A stretch of 63,633 nucleotides of DNA, filler included, from Reclinomonas americana ATCC 50394 (lineage: Eukaryota): NCBI GenBank assembly GCA_048213135.1. It is 19 parts of 19 records of this genome, joined end to end, with 100 filler letters (N's around TTAATTAATTAA, not from the genome) between each part and the next. Parts side by side here need not be neighbours in the genome. Positions count along the whole stretch, not along the records: positions 11,432 to 16,671 come from AFZH01024112.1; positions 16,772 to 18,812 come from AFZH01024114.1; positions 18,913 to 20,472 come from AFZH01024116.1; positions 20,573 to 24,723 come from AFZH01024117.1; 15 more parts are not named here. One strand, 5' to 3'. A program made the translations under genes and the position numbers. The notes below the pieces were generated by a model. It did no database searches. It worked only from the letters and a program-made list of their open reading frames with translations, and was not told the origin of the DNA. Shown here piece by piece: positions 12,418-23,284 of this stretch (position 1 is its first letter; the number at the start of each line of letters is the position of its first letter).

Positions 12418-15400
12418 TCACTGCCCGTGCACTGCGACCGCGAGCTCTTGCTTGAGGTAGGTGCGCAGAGCACGTGCCTTTTGCTCGTGTGCCACAAAAT
12501 ACGCCTCGAACTTGTCGTACACGGAGCCCATGAGCGCATCCGTGTCGGCATCCTCGGCCACGTTCAGTAGCACACCAAAGGCCTCGTCCCACAACTGCTT
12601 CTGCCAGTACCTGCGCGCGTGTACGCAAGTCAGATGCGGTGCGGTGGTTTGGGGAAAGAATAACAAGATCTCCACCAACCCCTTGCTTCGCTTGACTGGC
12701 ATCCAGCGGCCGTCGGCACCCTGGCGGGCCACCTGCAACGGCTCACGATGCAGCATCCAGTGCACACATTTGGCGATGCCAATGAGATCCACCTGTGTGA
12801 TTGCAACGTGTCAGCGGCATTCGCGATGTGGCTGTTTAGACGATGGTGACTGCACCTCAAACTTCCACGGACGACCCTCCACAATCGTCTCAAACACCGT
12901 GTCTCCCGCCGGCGCGCCATGGAAGCGCAGGTCACCCGGGAAGACGAGAAGGTCGATCGACTGGCGGAAGTCTGTCATGGTCAAGCCGACGTGCTCCCAG
13001 CCTGGTGCACCACCTCGCGTCCAATCAGCCATCCACTGGTCGTGACTGGCAGAGTGGGGAAAGGAGTGAGGGAAGGTAGCACAGAAGCAGAGAGGCAGCT
13101 GAGGAAGACACTCAACAGGAATTCTCCTCCAACATGCACTCTCCAGTTACCTACCTCATCCACAACGTCCTCTTCCGTTCTCCTTTCTTCTGCACTCTAC
13201 CTCTTCACTATCTTTCCCTTCCCTCTTACCCCCTCATTACGCAACTCAATTCCACATCGCAGAAGAAGGGTGCGCGGGGAAATCCCACAATGCACCACTC
13301 CAGTGCCGTGGAGTGCGCGAGTCATCTTCAGCATCTCCATCAGTAGGAACATGACAATCAGTTCGTTGATCTCACGCTCGCGATGGTGCGTCGTCACCCA
13401 CGTCTGCGAGAAAGTGTCATTTTTGAGGAACTCGCTCTTTTCCTGGCAACAAAAAATCACTGCATACCTCCAGCGAGAGAAGCTCATCGCGTCGCACAAG
13501 AGTGACTGACTTGTCGGCGAAGCGGTAAAAGTTGACGGCCACCGGCAGCCACTGGAACATGCGGTCGAGACGCTTGAGAACATAAAACTCCCACGCGTCC
13601 TGATTCGGTCGCACACGGATCGAGTACTGCAGCAGACCACCAAACGAGGTCACAGTCTCCTCGCTCTCCACATCAAACACAGACACGTCGTCGTGCTCGT
13701 CGCGGAACGCTGTCACGCGGAAGCATCGATCGCCAAAGTCCACGCTGACACTCTGCTGCGAGCTCTTGCAGTGCTCGAGGAGCGCAACATCGAATCCGAC
13801 CTCGCCGGTGCGATCCTCAAAGCCAATAGCGGTACGCGCACATGCTGTTGTCATGGCGGTGAAGAGTGAGTGGGTGTTTCTCTTTGAGATTTTCTGCTGA
13901 CTTCCTTTCGCTCACCATCAACAGCCTCGCTCATGCGTTCCCGAATGTCTGCGGTGAACGGGAACACCGCTTCTCCCTCGCCGAGTGCAATTCGCGGCAG
14001 CTCCAACGTCAAGCCAGTATATGTGCTCTCGTTGGCCACGCTCATGTCGTCGGCAGCGGCAGTGGAGCGTGCTGCATGAAGAAGAGAATGTCTCAGCTTA
14101 CAGCGCCTCCGGCATCTTGCATACCACTTAAAAAGCGCGAGACACACACACACACCAGCAGAGGCAGTAGCAGAGGTCAGCGGAGTGCGCAAGGGGCCAG
14201 GAGCGGCTGAGAGCGGCGTGCGCTGCAACAATAGGCCGCCGTGGCTGAGTGCTGGGGTCTTGGGCCACTGCGTCAAGGTCGACAAGTCAGCGGCAAAGAA
14301 GCACTCTCGTGCACGAACTGAGACCACTCAACATCGTTCAGCACCGAAATATTGCAGTTCGAAGTGTCGAGCGAGTGCCGATTGCGAATCCCCGACAGAT
14401 CATTTTCAGCATCATCAAAGGCAACTGCGGCTGACGACGCGAGGTGCTGCGTGGGGAACACTGCCAAGTCAGTGCCTGCCTGCAATCTCTCATGCGTGCG
14501 TCACTCCAACCTTGCCAATGTTGATCGTGGTCGTCTCATCGCCGACATCCTCGCAAATGGTGAATGGCTGCGCTGTGGTCGACTGTGGGAGCGGAGTGAT
14601 TGGCTCCAGTGAACTTGACAAGTCGAGAATACTCGACGAGTCTCCGGCATGTGCCCTGCAATGCCAGTTAGTTATCCGCGACACCATTGCTGCAAGCACA
14701 ATCCGCACATGCACTCACTGATGGGGGAATCGTCGATGCAAAATGTCGGCATTGGTGAGGCGCGCGGGTTGCGCAGGCTCGCCGCCCTCCCCGTCAATTT
14801 CCTCATCGGTGCGCGACGACAGCACTCGCAGCACGCGGTTGCCGGCCGGTTGCATTCTGCAATCAAAGCAGAAAACGCATTGAGTCACAAAACTGATGAA
14901 GAGTCAGCGAATGCAGCTCTTCTCCACTCAACGACGGTGACAGAGCGCCATGCTGCGCGCCATGCGGATCAAAGTTCTCCTGCCCAAACGTCGTCGTCGA
15001 TGTGACGTCTTCGTCACAGAAGACCTCGAACGCCGGTACAGCCTTGGGGGGTGCGGCAAGGCTCATCGGCTTGCGAGCCGGTGCAGCTGCAGGCGGCGCA
15101 GCGGCGGTACGCGGTCCAAGACTGTGCAAAACGCGCACAACATGAGTGCTCGTCATGAGACAGCGATTGCTATTGCCTCTGCTGAGACGCAACGACATTG
15201 GGGGCGGTTTGGAGGCACGCAGAGGGGCGTCGCCCATGAGAGGAGCGGAGAACATGTCGAGAATGTCGGCCATGGCTTTCTTGGTGTGGAATGTCGGCTC
15301 GGACACCGCTGTCGTACGTGCAAGTCAGGAAAACTGCGAGCGCAAGGAAGGCACCGAACCACCAGTCTGTCACGCAACGACCTCCAGCAGCACCACCATC

Positions 15401-16671
15401 ATCATCGTCGTCATCGTCGTCGTCATCCTGTTGCGGCCGCTCTTGCTTCTTCGTCACCGGTGCCGGTGCCGGTGCTGGTGCTGGCTTGGCGGCAGCCTTG
15501 ATCGTCGGTGCCGGAGCTGGCGTTGGTGGCTTTGTAGCGGCGGGTGCGGGTGTGGCCACCGCCACAGGCGCCACCTTCGGAGCCACCGTTGTTGCAGCAG
15601 CAGCGGCGACAGGGGCCGCGGGCACCCTGTGACAGAGGTGTGAGTGCACAACCTAAACGATATAAATGGCAGAGATGCGTACGCACTTGGGTGTGCCAAA
15701 GCGTCGCGGTCCTGGTCCACTGTAGTAATTCAAGCGCTGCGCTCGGACCTCTTCAAACGACAGAGCATCATCTGTCGCTCCGCTCTTCAGCATTTCGCGG
15801 TTGTAGGCCGACTGTTCGGGGGCACGAGGTGCATCTGCGTCACAGCGATGGATGTGAGAACATGGGGAAAGACAAAGAATGCAAATGCACACACACACAC
15901 CTGCTGCTGGCTGACGAGAGCCCGATGGCGCAGCAGTGGCGCTGGCGGTGGCTGCTGAAGGTGCAGCGGGCTTGCTCGACGAGGACGACGCAGCACCGGC
16001 TGGTGGCAATGCAAAGTTCTGCAGCGGATTCTTGCGCAAGCTCTCCGCCAACCTGTAACCGAGGGGAAATTCAGCACACGCCATCACACCAGGATGGAAG
16101 CTTTACCACGCACCGCAGAGTTGTCTCTGATGGCTGTGTCCGCAGAGAGGGTGCTTGTGTCGGTTCAACGGGCTCCTCATCATCCGAATCCTCGCTGTCG
16201 CGGGGATGAAAAGAGAGAGCGTGACGAAATAACAAAGACTGCATCACAAACCTGACACAGTCTTCGTCCACCAGCACAGTGAACTGAGCAGCTGGCGGGG
16301 CACGGGGCAGGGCTGTTGGTCGTTGTTGATGCTGAAAACGGGGAGAATATAAATCAGCGAGTTCCAGGGTGCGCGTACGGGAGCCGGGCAAACCTTGGCG
16401 TCGGCCATACGCTCCACTTTCGGCTTGTTCTCCTTGACACGCTGCTGAGCTGGAGTCAAGTTCTCCCACCCGCGCTTCGTCTCCTCTGACACGCCCGTGA
16501 GGAGGACGTGAGATGCCGATCTGTGAGATGTGTGGGTCAGTGGATGAATCCTCAACAGGATAATGGAGTCAGCACGCGTACCCATTCTCGTCGTCGTCCG
16601 AGTCGTCGCCCTCCTCCAGAATGGCAAACCCGCCCTTGTTGGCCGTGTTTGACTGCGACGCTGCCTTGGAA
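12418..16671 (-). CDS. BUB1: MadBub (Bub1/BubR1/Mad3-family) spindle checkpoint protein, 5'-truncated, multi-exon, with degenerate kinase domain
   Basis: ABBA-like FAILEE, WENL..KEN, ABBA-like FTVLVDE, GLEBS (LSFEEVRA), CD1 (PTFHTKKAMADILDMF), ABBA FEVFCDE, then Bub kinase signatures WEFYV, DFRQSIDLLVFP, GRPWKFEVDLIGIA and RYWQKQLWDEAFGVLLNV. Confidence 0.88.
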
Positions 16672-16771
16672 NNNNNNNNNNNNNNNNNNNNNNNNNNNNN
16701 NNNNNNNNNNNNNNNTTAATTAATTAANNNNNNNNNNNNNNNNNNNNNNNNNNNNNNNNNNNNNNNNNNNN

Positions 16772-17045
16772 AGACGCCGAGCCCGGTGCTCCAGGCCATC
16801 AGCAAGGCGAGGACGATCAGCGCGGCGATCTGCAGCCGGCGCGAGCGGGCGAAGAGCAGGGCGAGCGTCGTCAGGCCGATTGCGGCGTAATGCGGAGCCC
16901 GCTGCTCGAGGCAGAGCTTGCAGGGCCGCAAATGCAGGACGAGTTCGAAGAACCAGGCGCCGCCGATCAAGGCAAGGCTCACGAGCCCGATCAGGGCGAT
17001 CAGGCGGCGGGGGTCGGCGAGGAGGCGCGAGGCAGGGCCGGTCAT
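16772..17045 (-). CDS. dsbB: disulfide bond formation protein B family (3'-truncated), bacterial
   Basis: GAWFFELVLHLRPCKLCLEQR carries the DsbB PCxLCxxQR motif within hydrophobic helices. Confidence 0.88.
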
Positions 17046-17053
17046 GGCGACAC

Positions 17054-17665
17054 TCAGCAGGAGAGGAACTGGCCCGAGCCTGTCAGCAGCTTGAGGCCGA
17101 AATAGAGCAGGATCAGCAGGGCGGCGCCGCCGAGCGCGATCAGTTTCAGCCGCTTCTCGATGAAGTGGCGGATCGTCTCGCCATAGCGGCGCAGCAGGAA
17201 GGCGAGGGCGAAGAAGCGGGCGCCGCGCGCCAGAATGCAGGACAGCACGAAGAAGCCGAGCCCGATATGGACGGCGCCGGCCAGGATCGTCACAACCTTG
17301 ATCGGCGGCAGATGCGCCAGGCCCGAAGTGGTCAAAAGCAGCAGCGTCGTGTCCGGCCCGGCGCAGGCGCGCAACTGCTCGAAGGCGTCGAGCTTGCCAT
17401 AGAAGGCGAGCACTGGCCGCGCCAGCGCATCGAAGGCGTAGTAACCGAGCGCGTAGCCGGCGATGCCGCCGAGCGTCGAGAAGATCGTCGCGATCAAGGC
17501 GAGGCGATAGGCCCGCTCGGGCTTGGCCAGCGCCATCGGCACGAACAGCACGTCGGCCGGGATCAGGAAGAAGGAACTCTCGACGAAGGCGACGACGGCG
17601 AGCCAGAGCTGCGCGCTGCGGCGCGCGGCGAGCGAGAGCGTCCAGAGATAGAGGCGTTCGAACAT
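17054..17665 (-). CDS. YqaA-family (DedA/VTT) membrane protein, bacterial
   Basis: LAVVAFVESSFFLIPADVL, STLGGIAGYALG, PPIKVVTILAG and ARGARFF. 203 aa. Confidence 0.88.
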   Translation of the reverse strand: MFERLYLWTLSLAARRSAQLWLAVVAFVESSFFLIPADVLFVPMALAKPERAYRLALIATIFSTLGGIAGYALGYYAFDALARPVLAFYGKLDAFEQLRACAGPDTTLLLLTTSGLAHLPPIKVVTILAGAVHIGLGFFVLSCILARGARFFALAFLLRRYGETIRHFIEKRLKLIALGGAALLILLYFGLKLLTGSGQFLSC

Positions 17666-17884
17666 CGCCGGCCCTTAGAGCATCGGACCGAAAAGTGGAA
17701 ACCACTTTTCGGAGGCAATCCGATGCCTGACAAAGTGACAGATAGCCATTTGGCGTCCGAAAGGACGCACGGCGATCTAGCGGGCGCGGGGCCTTCCGTC
17801 CATGGCTGCAACGTCACGGGAAAAGCCGATCACGCGAGATTGACCAGCCTTCGCCGATCGCTATAGTCCGCCGCGCCCGAAAGG

Positions 17885-17969
17885 GCCCCTGTGGCGGAAT
17901 TGGTAGACGCGCTCGACTCAAAATCGAGTTCCGCAAGGAGTGCTGGTTCGATCCCGGCCAGGGGCACCA
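17885..17969 (+). tRNA. tRNA-Leu (CAA)
   Basis: Acceptor stem GCCCCTG/CAGGGGC, D-loop GGAATTGGTAGAC, anticodon arm CTCGA-CTCAAAA-TCGAG, long variable arm, GGTTCGATCC T-loop and encoded CCA. 85 nt. Confidence 0.97.
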
Positions 17970-18079
17970 TTCCTCACGGCATCCGTCGTCCGTCGGGCCC
18001 GCCGCCCTAAAATCGCCTTTCGCTCCCGCTCTGTCTTGCCCTCGAATCGATCCTGACGGGCAGCCGAGGAGACGTGAGC

Positions 18080-18574
18080 ATGAGGACAGTCGCCATCGCC
18101 GTCGCAGCCAGCGTTCTCGGGGCCGTTCCGGCTTTTGCCGAGGAACTTCCACAACGCAAACCAGGCCTCTGGGAGAGCAAGTCGACGAGCGCCGAGGGCG
18201 AGACGAGCGCCAAGCAATGCGTCGGTCCCGGCACCGACCGCGCCATGGTCGGCGGCATGGCTGGCGCCGCCTGCTCGAAGATGGAGGTGACGAAGACCGC
18301 GACTGGCTATTCCGTCGCGACCGAGTGCGCGATCGGCCAGATCAAGGCGGTGGGCAATAGCGTGGTCACTGGCGATTTCCAGACGAGCGTGCGCACCGAG
18401 GGGACCACCAAGCTCACCGGCGTGCCCGGCCAGGCCGGGGAGGTCGAGCGCAAGCTCGTGGTCGAGGCCAGGCGCGTCGGCGATTGCGGGCCGGGCCAGA
18501 AGCCCGGCGACATCATCATGCCCGATGGCAAGGTGATTTCGATGCCGGGAGCGGCCGGCGCGCCGAAGCAGTAA
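18080..18574 (+). CDS. DUF3617-like exported protein, bacterial
   Basis: Signal peptide, PQRKPGLWE, KQC, and C-terminal ARRVGDCGPGQKPGDI. GAGG RBS-like sequence upstream. Confidence 0.75.
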   Translation: MRTVAIAVAASVLGAVPAFAEELPQRKPGLWESKSTSAEGETSAKQCVGPGTDRAMVGGMAGAACSKMEVTKTATGYSVATECAIGQIKAVGNSVVTGDFQTSVRTEGTTKLTGVPGQAGEVERKLVVEARRVGDCGPGQKPGDIIMPDGKVISMPGAAGAPKQ

Positions 18575-18578
18575 CTGC

Positions 18579-18812
18579 TCAGCCGGGCGCGCCGGCGATC
18601 ACGCCCTTGCGGAACAGGAAGCAGCCATAGGGGCGGGGATCGCCGACCTGCACCACGGCGAAGGCCTGCTTGGCCGCTTCGTAGAAGGCGAAGCGCTCGA
18701 TGCCGGCCAGCGGCTCCGAGCGGCCGAGCGCCCGGTCGAGTTCGGCCTGGACCTGGCGCTGCACGTCAGGAATTTCGGCGGGATCGCCGACGACCAGCAT
18801 GCGCCGTGCCGG
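18579..18812 (-). CDS. RbsD/FucU-family mutarotase (5'-truncated), bacterial
   Basis: IERFAFYEAAKQAFAVVQVGDPRPYGCFLFRKGVI is the RbsD/FucU C-terminal signature. Confidence 0.88.
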   Translation of the reverse strand, partial: PARRMLVVGDPAEIPDVQRQVQAELDRALGRSEPLAGIERFAFYEAAKQAFAVVQVGDPRPYGCFLFRKGVIAGAPG

Positions 18813-18912
18813 NNNNNNNNNNNNNNNNNNNNNNNNNNNNNNNNNNNNNNNNNNNNTTAATTAATTAANNNNNNNNNNNNNNNNNNNNNNNNNNNNNNNN
18901 NNNNNNNNNNNN

Positions 18913-19188
18913 GCCGATCTCCTGCCCAAGTCGGCCGGGCGCCTGCTGGAGATCGTGACGCAGGCCGCGATCATCCTCTTCGCCGCGATCCTGATCCGCT
19001 ACTCCTTCGGGCTGATCGAGCGGACCTGGGATGTCGAATCGATCGCGCTGCCCGTATCGAGCGCAGCCCTCTACGTGGTGATGCCGCTGGCAGGCCTCGC
19101 TTTGATCCTGCAGGCGCTGGCCGAGATCGGCGACGTGCTCGCCGGCCGCAAGGTCGACACCGCCGAGCCGGGGACGCAGCCGCTATGA
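18913..19188 (+). CDS. dctQ: TRAP transporter small permease DctQ (5'-truncated)
   Basis: Two TM helices with SIALPVSSAALYVVMPLAG. The stop overlaps the dctM start (ATGA). Confidence 0.8.
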   Translation, partial: ADLLPKSAGRLLEIVTQAAIILFAAILIRYSFGLIERTWDVESIALPVSSAALYVVMPLAGLALILQALAEIGDVLAGRKVDTAEPGTQPL

Positions 19189-20471
19189 GCACGCTGATGC
19201 TGCAGATCCTGCCGGTCTGGTTCGCCGCGTTGCTGCTGGGCGTGCCGCTCTTCGTCTCGATGGGGCTGGCGGCGATAGCCTTCGCCTTCTTCGGTGGCTT
19301 CCCGCTCGGCATCGTCCCGCAGAAGATCGCGCAATCCGCCAACTCGTTCCCGCTGCTGGCGGCGCCGCTCTTTATCCTGATGGGCAACATCATGAATTCG
19401 GCGGGGATCACCGACCGGATCTTCGCCTTTGCCACGGCCTGCGTCGGCTGGCTGCGCGGCGGGCTCTGCCACGCCAACATCCTCGCCAGCGTGATTTTCG
19501 CGGGAATGTCGGGCTCGGCGGTGGCTGATGCCGGAGGCGTCGGCACGCTCGAGATCAAGGCGATGCAGGACGAGGGCTACGATCCCGAGACGGCGGCGGC
19601 GATCACGGCGGCTTCGGCGACGATCGGGCCGATCATCCCGCCTTCGCTGCCAATGGTGATCTACGGCGTTTCCGCCGACGTCTCGATCGGCGGGCTCTTC
19701 CTCGCCGGCGTCATCCCCGGCCTGCTGATGGCCGGCGCGCTGATGGCGATGGTGGTCTATGTCGCGAAGAAGCGCGATCTGCCGCGCCATCCCTTCCCCG
19801 GCGCGGCCCAGCTCTGGGTCGCCTATAAGGAGGCGCACTGGGCGCTGATGACCCCGGTCATCCTGTTCGGCGGGATGATGCTGGGCATCTTTACGCCGAC
19901 GGAGGCGGCTGCGGTCGCGACCGCCTATGCGATCGTGCTCGGCCTCTTCGTCTACAAGAGCTTCTCGCTGAACGATCTGCCGGAACTGGTGGTGCAGACC
20001 GTCGAGACCACCGGTGTCGTGCTGGCGCTGGTGATGGCGGCGGCGGCGCTCGGCTGGTGCCTGTCGATTTCGCGCATCCCGCAGACGGTCGGCCCGATGC
20101 TGGTCGACCTCGCCGGCAACCCGCTGATCTTCCTCCTGATCGTCAACCTGCTGCTGCTCTTCGTCGGCTGCTTCATGGAAGCGCTGGCGGCGATGCTGAT
20201 CCTGATCCCGATTCTGACGCCTGCCGCGGCGCAGTTCGGCATCGATCCGGTCCAGTTCGGGCTGATTTTCGTGCTCAACCTGATGATCGGCACGATCACG
20301 CCGCCGGTGGGCGTCGTGCTCTTCGTCACCTCGAAGATCGCCAAGATCTCGTTCGAGGCGATGTCGCGGGCGATCGTGCCCTGGCTCCTGCCGCTGCTCG
20401 CCGTGCTCGCCGCGATCACGCTCTGGCCACCGCTGACGACCTGGCTGCCGAACCTCGTGCTCGGCAAATGA
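19185..20471 (+). CDS. dctM: TRAP transporter large permease DctM
   Basis: 428 aa. SFPLLAAPLFILMGNIM, FAGMSGSAVADA, IGPIIPPS, GIFTPTEAA and IGTITPPVG. Confidence 0.95.
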   Translation: MSTLMLQILPVWFAALLLGVPLFVSMGLAAIAFAFFGGFPLGIVPQKIAQSANSFPLLAAPLFILMGNIMNSAGITDRIFAFATACVGWLRGGLCHANILASVIFAGMSGSAVADAGGVGTLEIKAMQDEGYDPETAAAITAASATIGPIIPPSLPMVIYGVSADVSIGGLFLAGVIPGLLMAGALMAMVVYVAKKRDLPRHPFPGAAQLWVAYKEAHWALMTPVILFGGMMLGIFTPTEAAAVATAYAIVLGLFVYKSFSLNDLPELVVQTVETTGVVLALVMAAAALGWCLSISRIPQTVGPMLVDLAGNPLIFLLIVNLLLLFVGCFMEALAAMLILIPILTPAAAQFGIDPVQFGLIFVLNLMIGTITPPVGVVLFVTSKIAKISFEAMSRAIVPWLLPLLAVLAAITLWPPLTTWLPNLVLGK

Positions 20472-20572
20472 GNNNNNNNNNNNNNNNNNNNNNNNNNNNN
20501 NNNNNNNNNNNNNNNNTTAATTAATTAANNNNNNNNNNNNNNNNNNNNNNNNNNNNNNNNNNNNNNNNNNNN

Positions 20573-21464
20573 GCTCGATCGGCACCGGATTGCGCTTCTG
20601 CGGCATGATCGAGGAGATCTGCACGAAGGCGTTGGGGACGTAGATCTGGCCGACCTCGAAGGCGGTCCAGAACTGCAGGTCCTGGATCAGCCGGCCGAGA
20701 TGCAGGAAGACCAGCTCGATCGCGCTGAATACGGCGGTCGTGTAGTCGACCGCGGCGATGCAGCCATAGGAATTCCGCAACGGCGCCTCGAAGCCGAGCA
20801 GATGGGCGGTGCGATGGCGGTCGAGCGGGAAGCCGGAGGTCGTGATCGCGGCTGCCCCGAGCGGGCAAAGGTCGAGCAACTCGCGCGCCTGCATCAGGCG
20901 CCGATGGTCGCGCAGCATCACCTCGATCGCGGCGGAAAGGTAATGGCCGAGCGTCGAGGGCTGGGCCGGCTGACCATGGGTGTAGGCGACGATCAGCGTC
21001 GCCTTCTCGCGCTCGGCCAGCGTCAACGCCGCGGCGATCAGGGCGCGCAGCTGGCCGGCAAGCTTGTCGAGTCGCGGCTTCAGCGCCAGCTTGAACAAGG
21101 TGTGGTCGATGTCGTTGCGTGAGCGGCCCGTGTGCAGGCGGCCATTGTCGTCGGGTTGCAGCCGCTTGCGCAGCTCGGCCTCGACCAGGAAGAAATAATC
21201 CTCGACCTCGCCGGTATAGGTCAGCGCCGCTGGCTCGATCTCTTTCTCGACCGCAATCAGGGCTCGGGCGATGCGCGAGGCGGTCTCCCGCGGGAGAATC
21301 CCCGTCTCGGCCAGCATGACGAGATGGGCGCGGTCGATGGCGCGGAAGCCGTCGACATGATGCGTCCTGGCCCCGTCGAAGAGCGGGCGCAGCACCGTCT
21401 CCTTGTAGACCGGGTTCGGAAAGACGGAGTTATCGCTGACGCGCGGGTCGGCGGGTTCGATCAT
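20573..21464 (-). CDS. argininosuccinate lyase-like (fumarase/aspartase superfamily), 3'-truncated
   Basis: LHTGRSRND, AYTHGQPAQP, CPLGAAAITTSGFPLDR and SSIMPQKRNP. Confidence 0.9.
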
Positions 21465-21469
21465 CGAAC

Positions 21470-22312
21470 TTATCCCTTCAGCCCGGCGAGCACGACGCCG
21501 CGGACGATGTAGCGCTGCAGCAGCAGGAAGACGGTGAGCGTCGGCAGGGTCGCCAGCGCCGCGCCCGTCATGATCAGCTCCCACTGGACTTGTGCCTCGA
21601 CGGCGTAGCTCGTGAGGCCGACGGGCAGGGTGTAGAGTTCCTTGCTGGTCGTCACGATCAGCGGCCAGATGAAGGCCGTCCAGTTGCTGAGGAAGGTGAA
21701 GATCGCCAGCGCCGAGAGCGCCGGCGTGACCAGAGGCAAGGCGATGCGCCAGAAGATCGCGAACTCGTTGAGGCCGTCGACGCGTGCTGCCTCGAGGAAA
21801 TCGTTCGGCACCGTCTCGAAGAACTGCTTCATCAGGAAGGTGCCGAAGGCGGTCATCATGCCGGGGAACATGATGCCCCAATAGCTGTCGAGCCAGCCGA
21901 AGTTCTTGGCCATGACGTACCAGGGGATGACCAGCATCTCGGTCGGAATCATCAGCGTCGACAGGATCGCGACGAAGACGAGGTAACGGCCGCGGAACTG
22001 GAATTTCGCCAGGGTGTAGCCGACCAGGCTGTCGAAGAAGACGTTGGAGAGCGTCACCGCCGTGGCGATGCCGAAGGAATTGGCGAACCAGCGCAGGAAG
22101 CGGCCGTCGGACAGCACCGTCACGTAGTTCTCGAGCGTCGGATGCGCCGGGAAGAAGGCGAGATCGTAGATCTCGGAGGAATCCTTCAGCGAGGTCGCGA
22201 ACATGAAGGCGAGCGGCGTCACCATCAGCAGGCCGCCGCCGAAAAGCAGCAGCCAGGTCAGGATGCGGCCGGGCTCGATCCGGCCGGAGACGGGGGAGGC
22301 GATGGCGCTCAT
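21470..22312 (-). CDS. carbohydrate ABC transporter permease (MalG-like)
   Basis: The real start is MSAIASP at 22312, overlapping the upstream stop. EAA loop VPNDFLEAARVDG, and FLSNWTAFIWPL. Confidence 0.93.
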   Translation of the reverse strand: MSAIASPVSGRIEPGRILTWLLLFGGGLLMVTPLAFMFATSLKDSSEIYDLAFFPAHPTLENYVTVLSDGRFLRWFANSFGIATAVTLSNVFFDSLVGYTLAKFQFRGRYLVFVAILSTLMIPTEMLVIPWYVMAKNFGWLDSYWGIMFPGMMTAFGTFLMKQFFETVPNDFLEAARVDGLNEFAIFWRIALPLVTPALSALAIFTFLSNWTAFIWPLIVTTSKELYTLPVGLTSYAVEAQVQWELIMTGAALATLPTLTVFLLLQRYIVRGVVLAGLKG

Positions 22313-23247
22313 CAGCGGTCCCTCAGCAGGCGCAGCTGCAGCAGCGAGATGCAGAGCAGCACGAGGAAGAGCACGACGGTCTGCGCCGCGGCATAGCCCA
22401 TGTCGAAGGAGGAGAAGGCGGTCTGGTAGATCATCAGCACGAGCGGCTTGGTCGCGTTCAGCGGCCCGCCGGGATCGCTGCTCGTCTGGCTGGTCATGTT
22501 GTAGACCTGATCGAAGATTCGCAGGAACCCGATCGAGGAGAAGACGACGAGGAAGATGATCGTCGGCTTGAGCAGAGGCAGCGTGATCTTCCTGAGGATC
22601 GCGAGATCTGGGAGCCCGTCGATCCGCGCCGCCTCGTAATAGGTGGTGGGGATGGCGCGCAGGCCTGCGAGGAAGATCACCACCTGGAAGCCGAGCCCGG
22701 CCCAGATCGCCGGCGCCAGCACGGCCGGCAGCGCCTGGGTGGTCGAGCGCAGGAAGGGCTGCTGGGCGATGCCGAGCCCGGCGAGCAGGTTGTTGAACAG
22801 CCCGATCGGCACCGGCTGGTAGAACCAGCGCCAGACCCAGGCCATCGCCGCGGCCGTGGTCAGGAAGGGCAGGAAGTACAGCGCCCGGATGAAGCCGTGC
22901 ATGAAGCGGATGCGGTCGAGATGGTAGGCGATCACGAAGGCGAGGATCAGGCTGAGCGGCGTGCCGATGACGAGGTAGAGGAAGGTGTTGCCGAACACCT
23001 TCCAGAACACCGGATCGGCGAGCAGCCGCTCGAAATTCGCCAGCCCGACGAAGCTGGGCGGCGTCATCAGGTTCCACTTCGTGGTCGAGATCACGAAGGC
23101 CTCGACCGTCGGGTAGAAGCGGATCAGCCCGTAGAACAGGATCGGCACGGCGAGGAATGCCCAGGCCCAGACCACCTGCTTCTGCTGCAGGCTGAGGCCC
23201 TGCCAGAGGCGCCCGCCGGAGCGGGCGACATCGGTGTCGGTGGTCAT
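22312..23247 (-). CDS. carbohydrate ABC transporter permease (MalF-like)
   Basis: FVGLANFERL, LAGLRAIPTTYYEAARIDG and FDMGYAAA. Confidence 0.93.
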   Translation of the reverse strand: MTTDTDVARSGGRLWQGLSLQQKQVVWAWAFLAVPILFYGLIRFYPTVEAFVISTTKWNLMTPPSFVGLANFERLLADPVFWKVFGNTFLYLVIGTPLSLILAFVIAYHLDRIRFMHGFIRALYFLPFLTTAAAMAWVWRWFYQPVPIGLFNNLLAGLGIAQQPFLRSTTQALPAVLAPAIWAGLGFQVVIFLAGLRAIPTTYYEAARIDGLPDLAILRKITLPLLKPTIIFLVVFSSIGFLRIFDQVYNMTSQTSSDPGGPLNATKPLVLMIYQTAFSSFDMGYAAAQTVVLFLVLLCISLLQLRLLRDR

Positions 23248-23284
23248 GCGCGTCCTGTCCTGACGTCTGCTTAGACGATCGCCG

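Noticed and set aside
17885..18080. tRNA-Leu as an integration site
   Set aside because: No integrase and no duplicated tRNA 3' end is visible in the contig.
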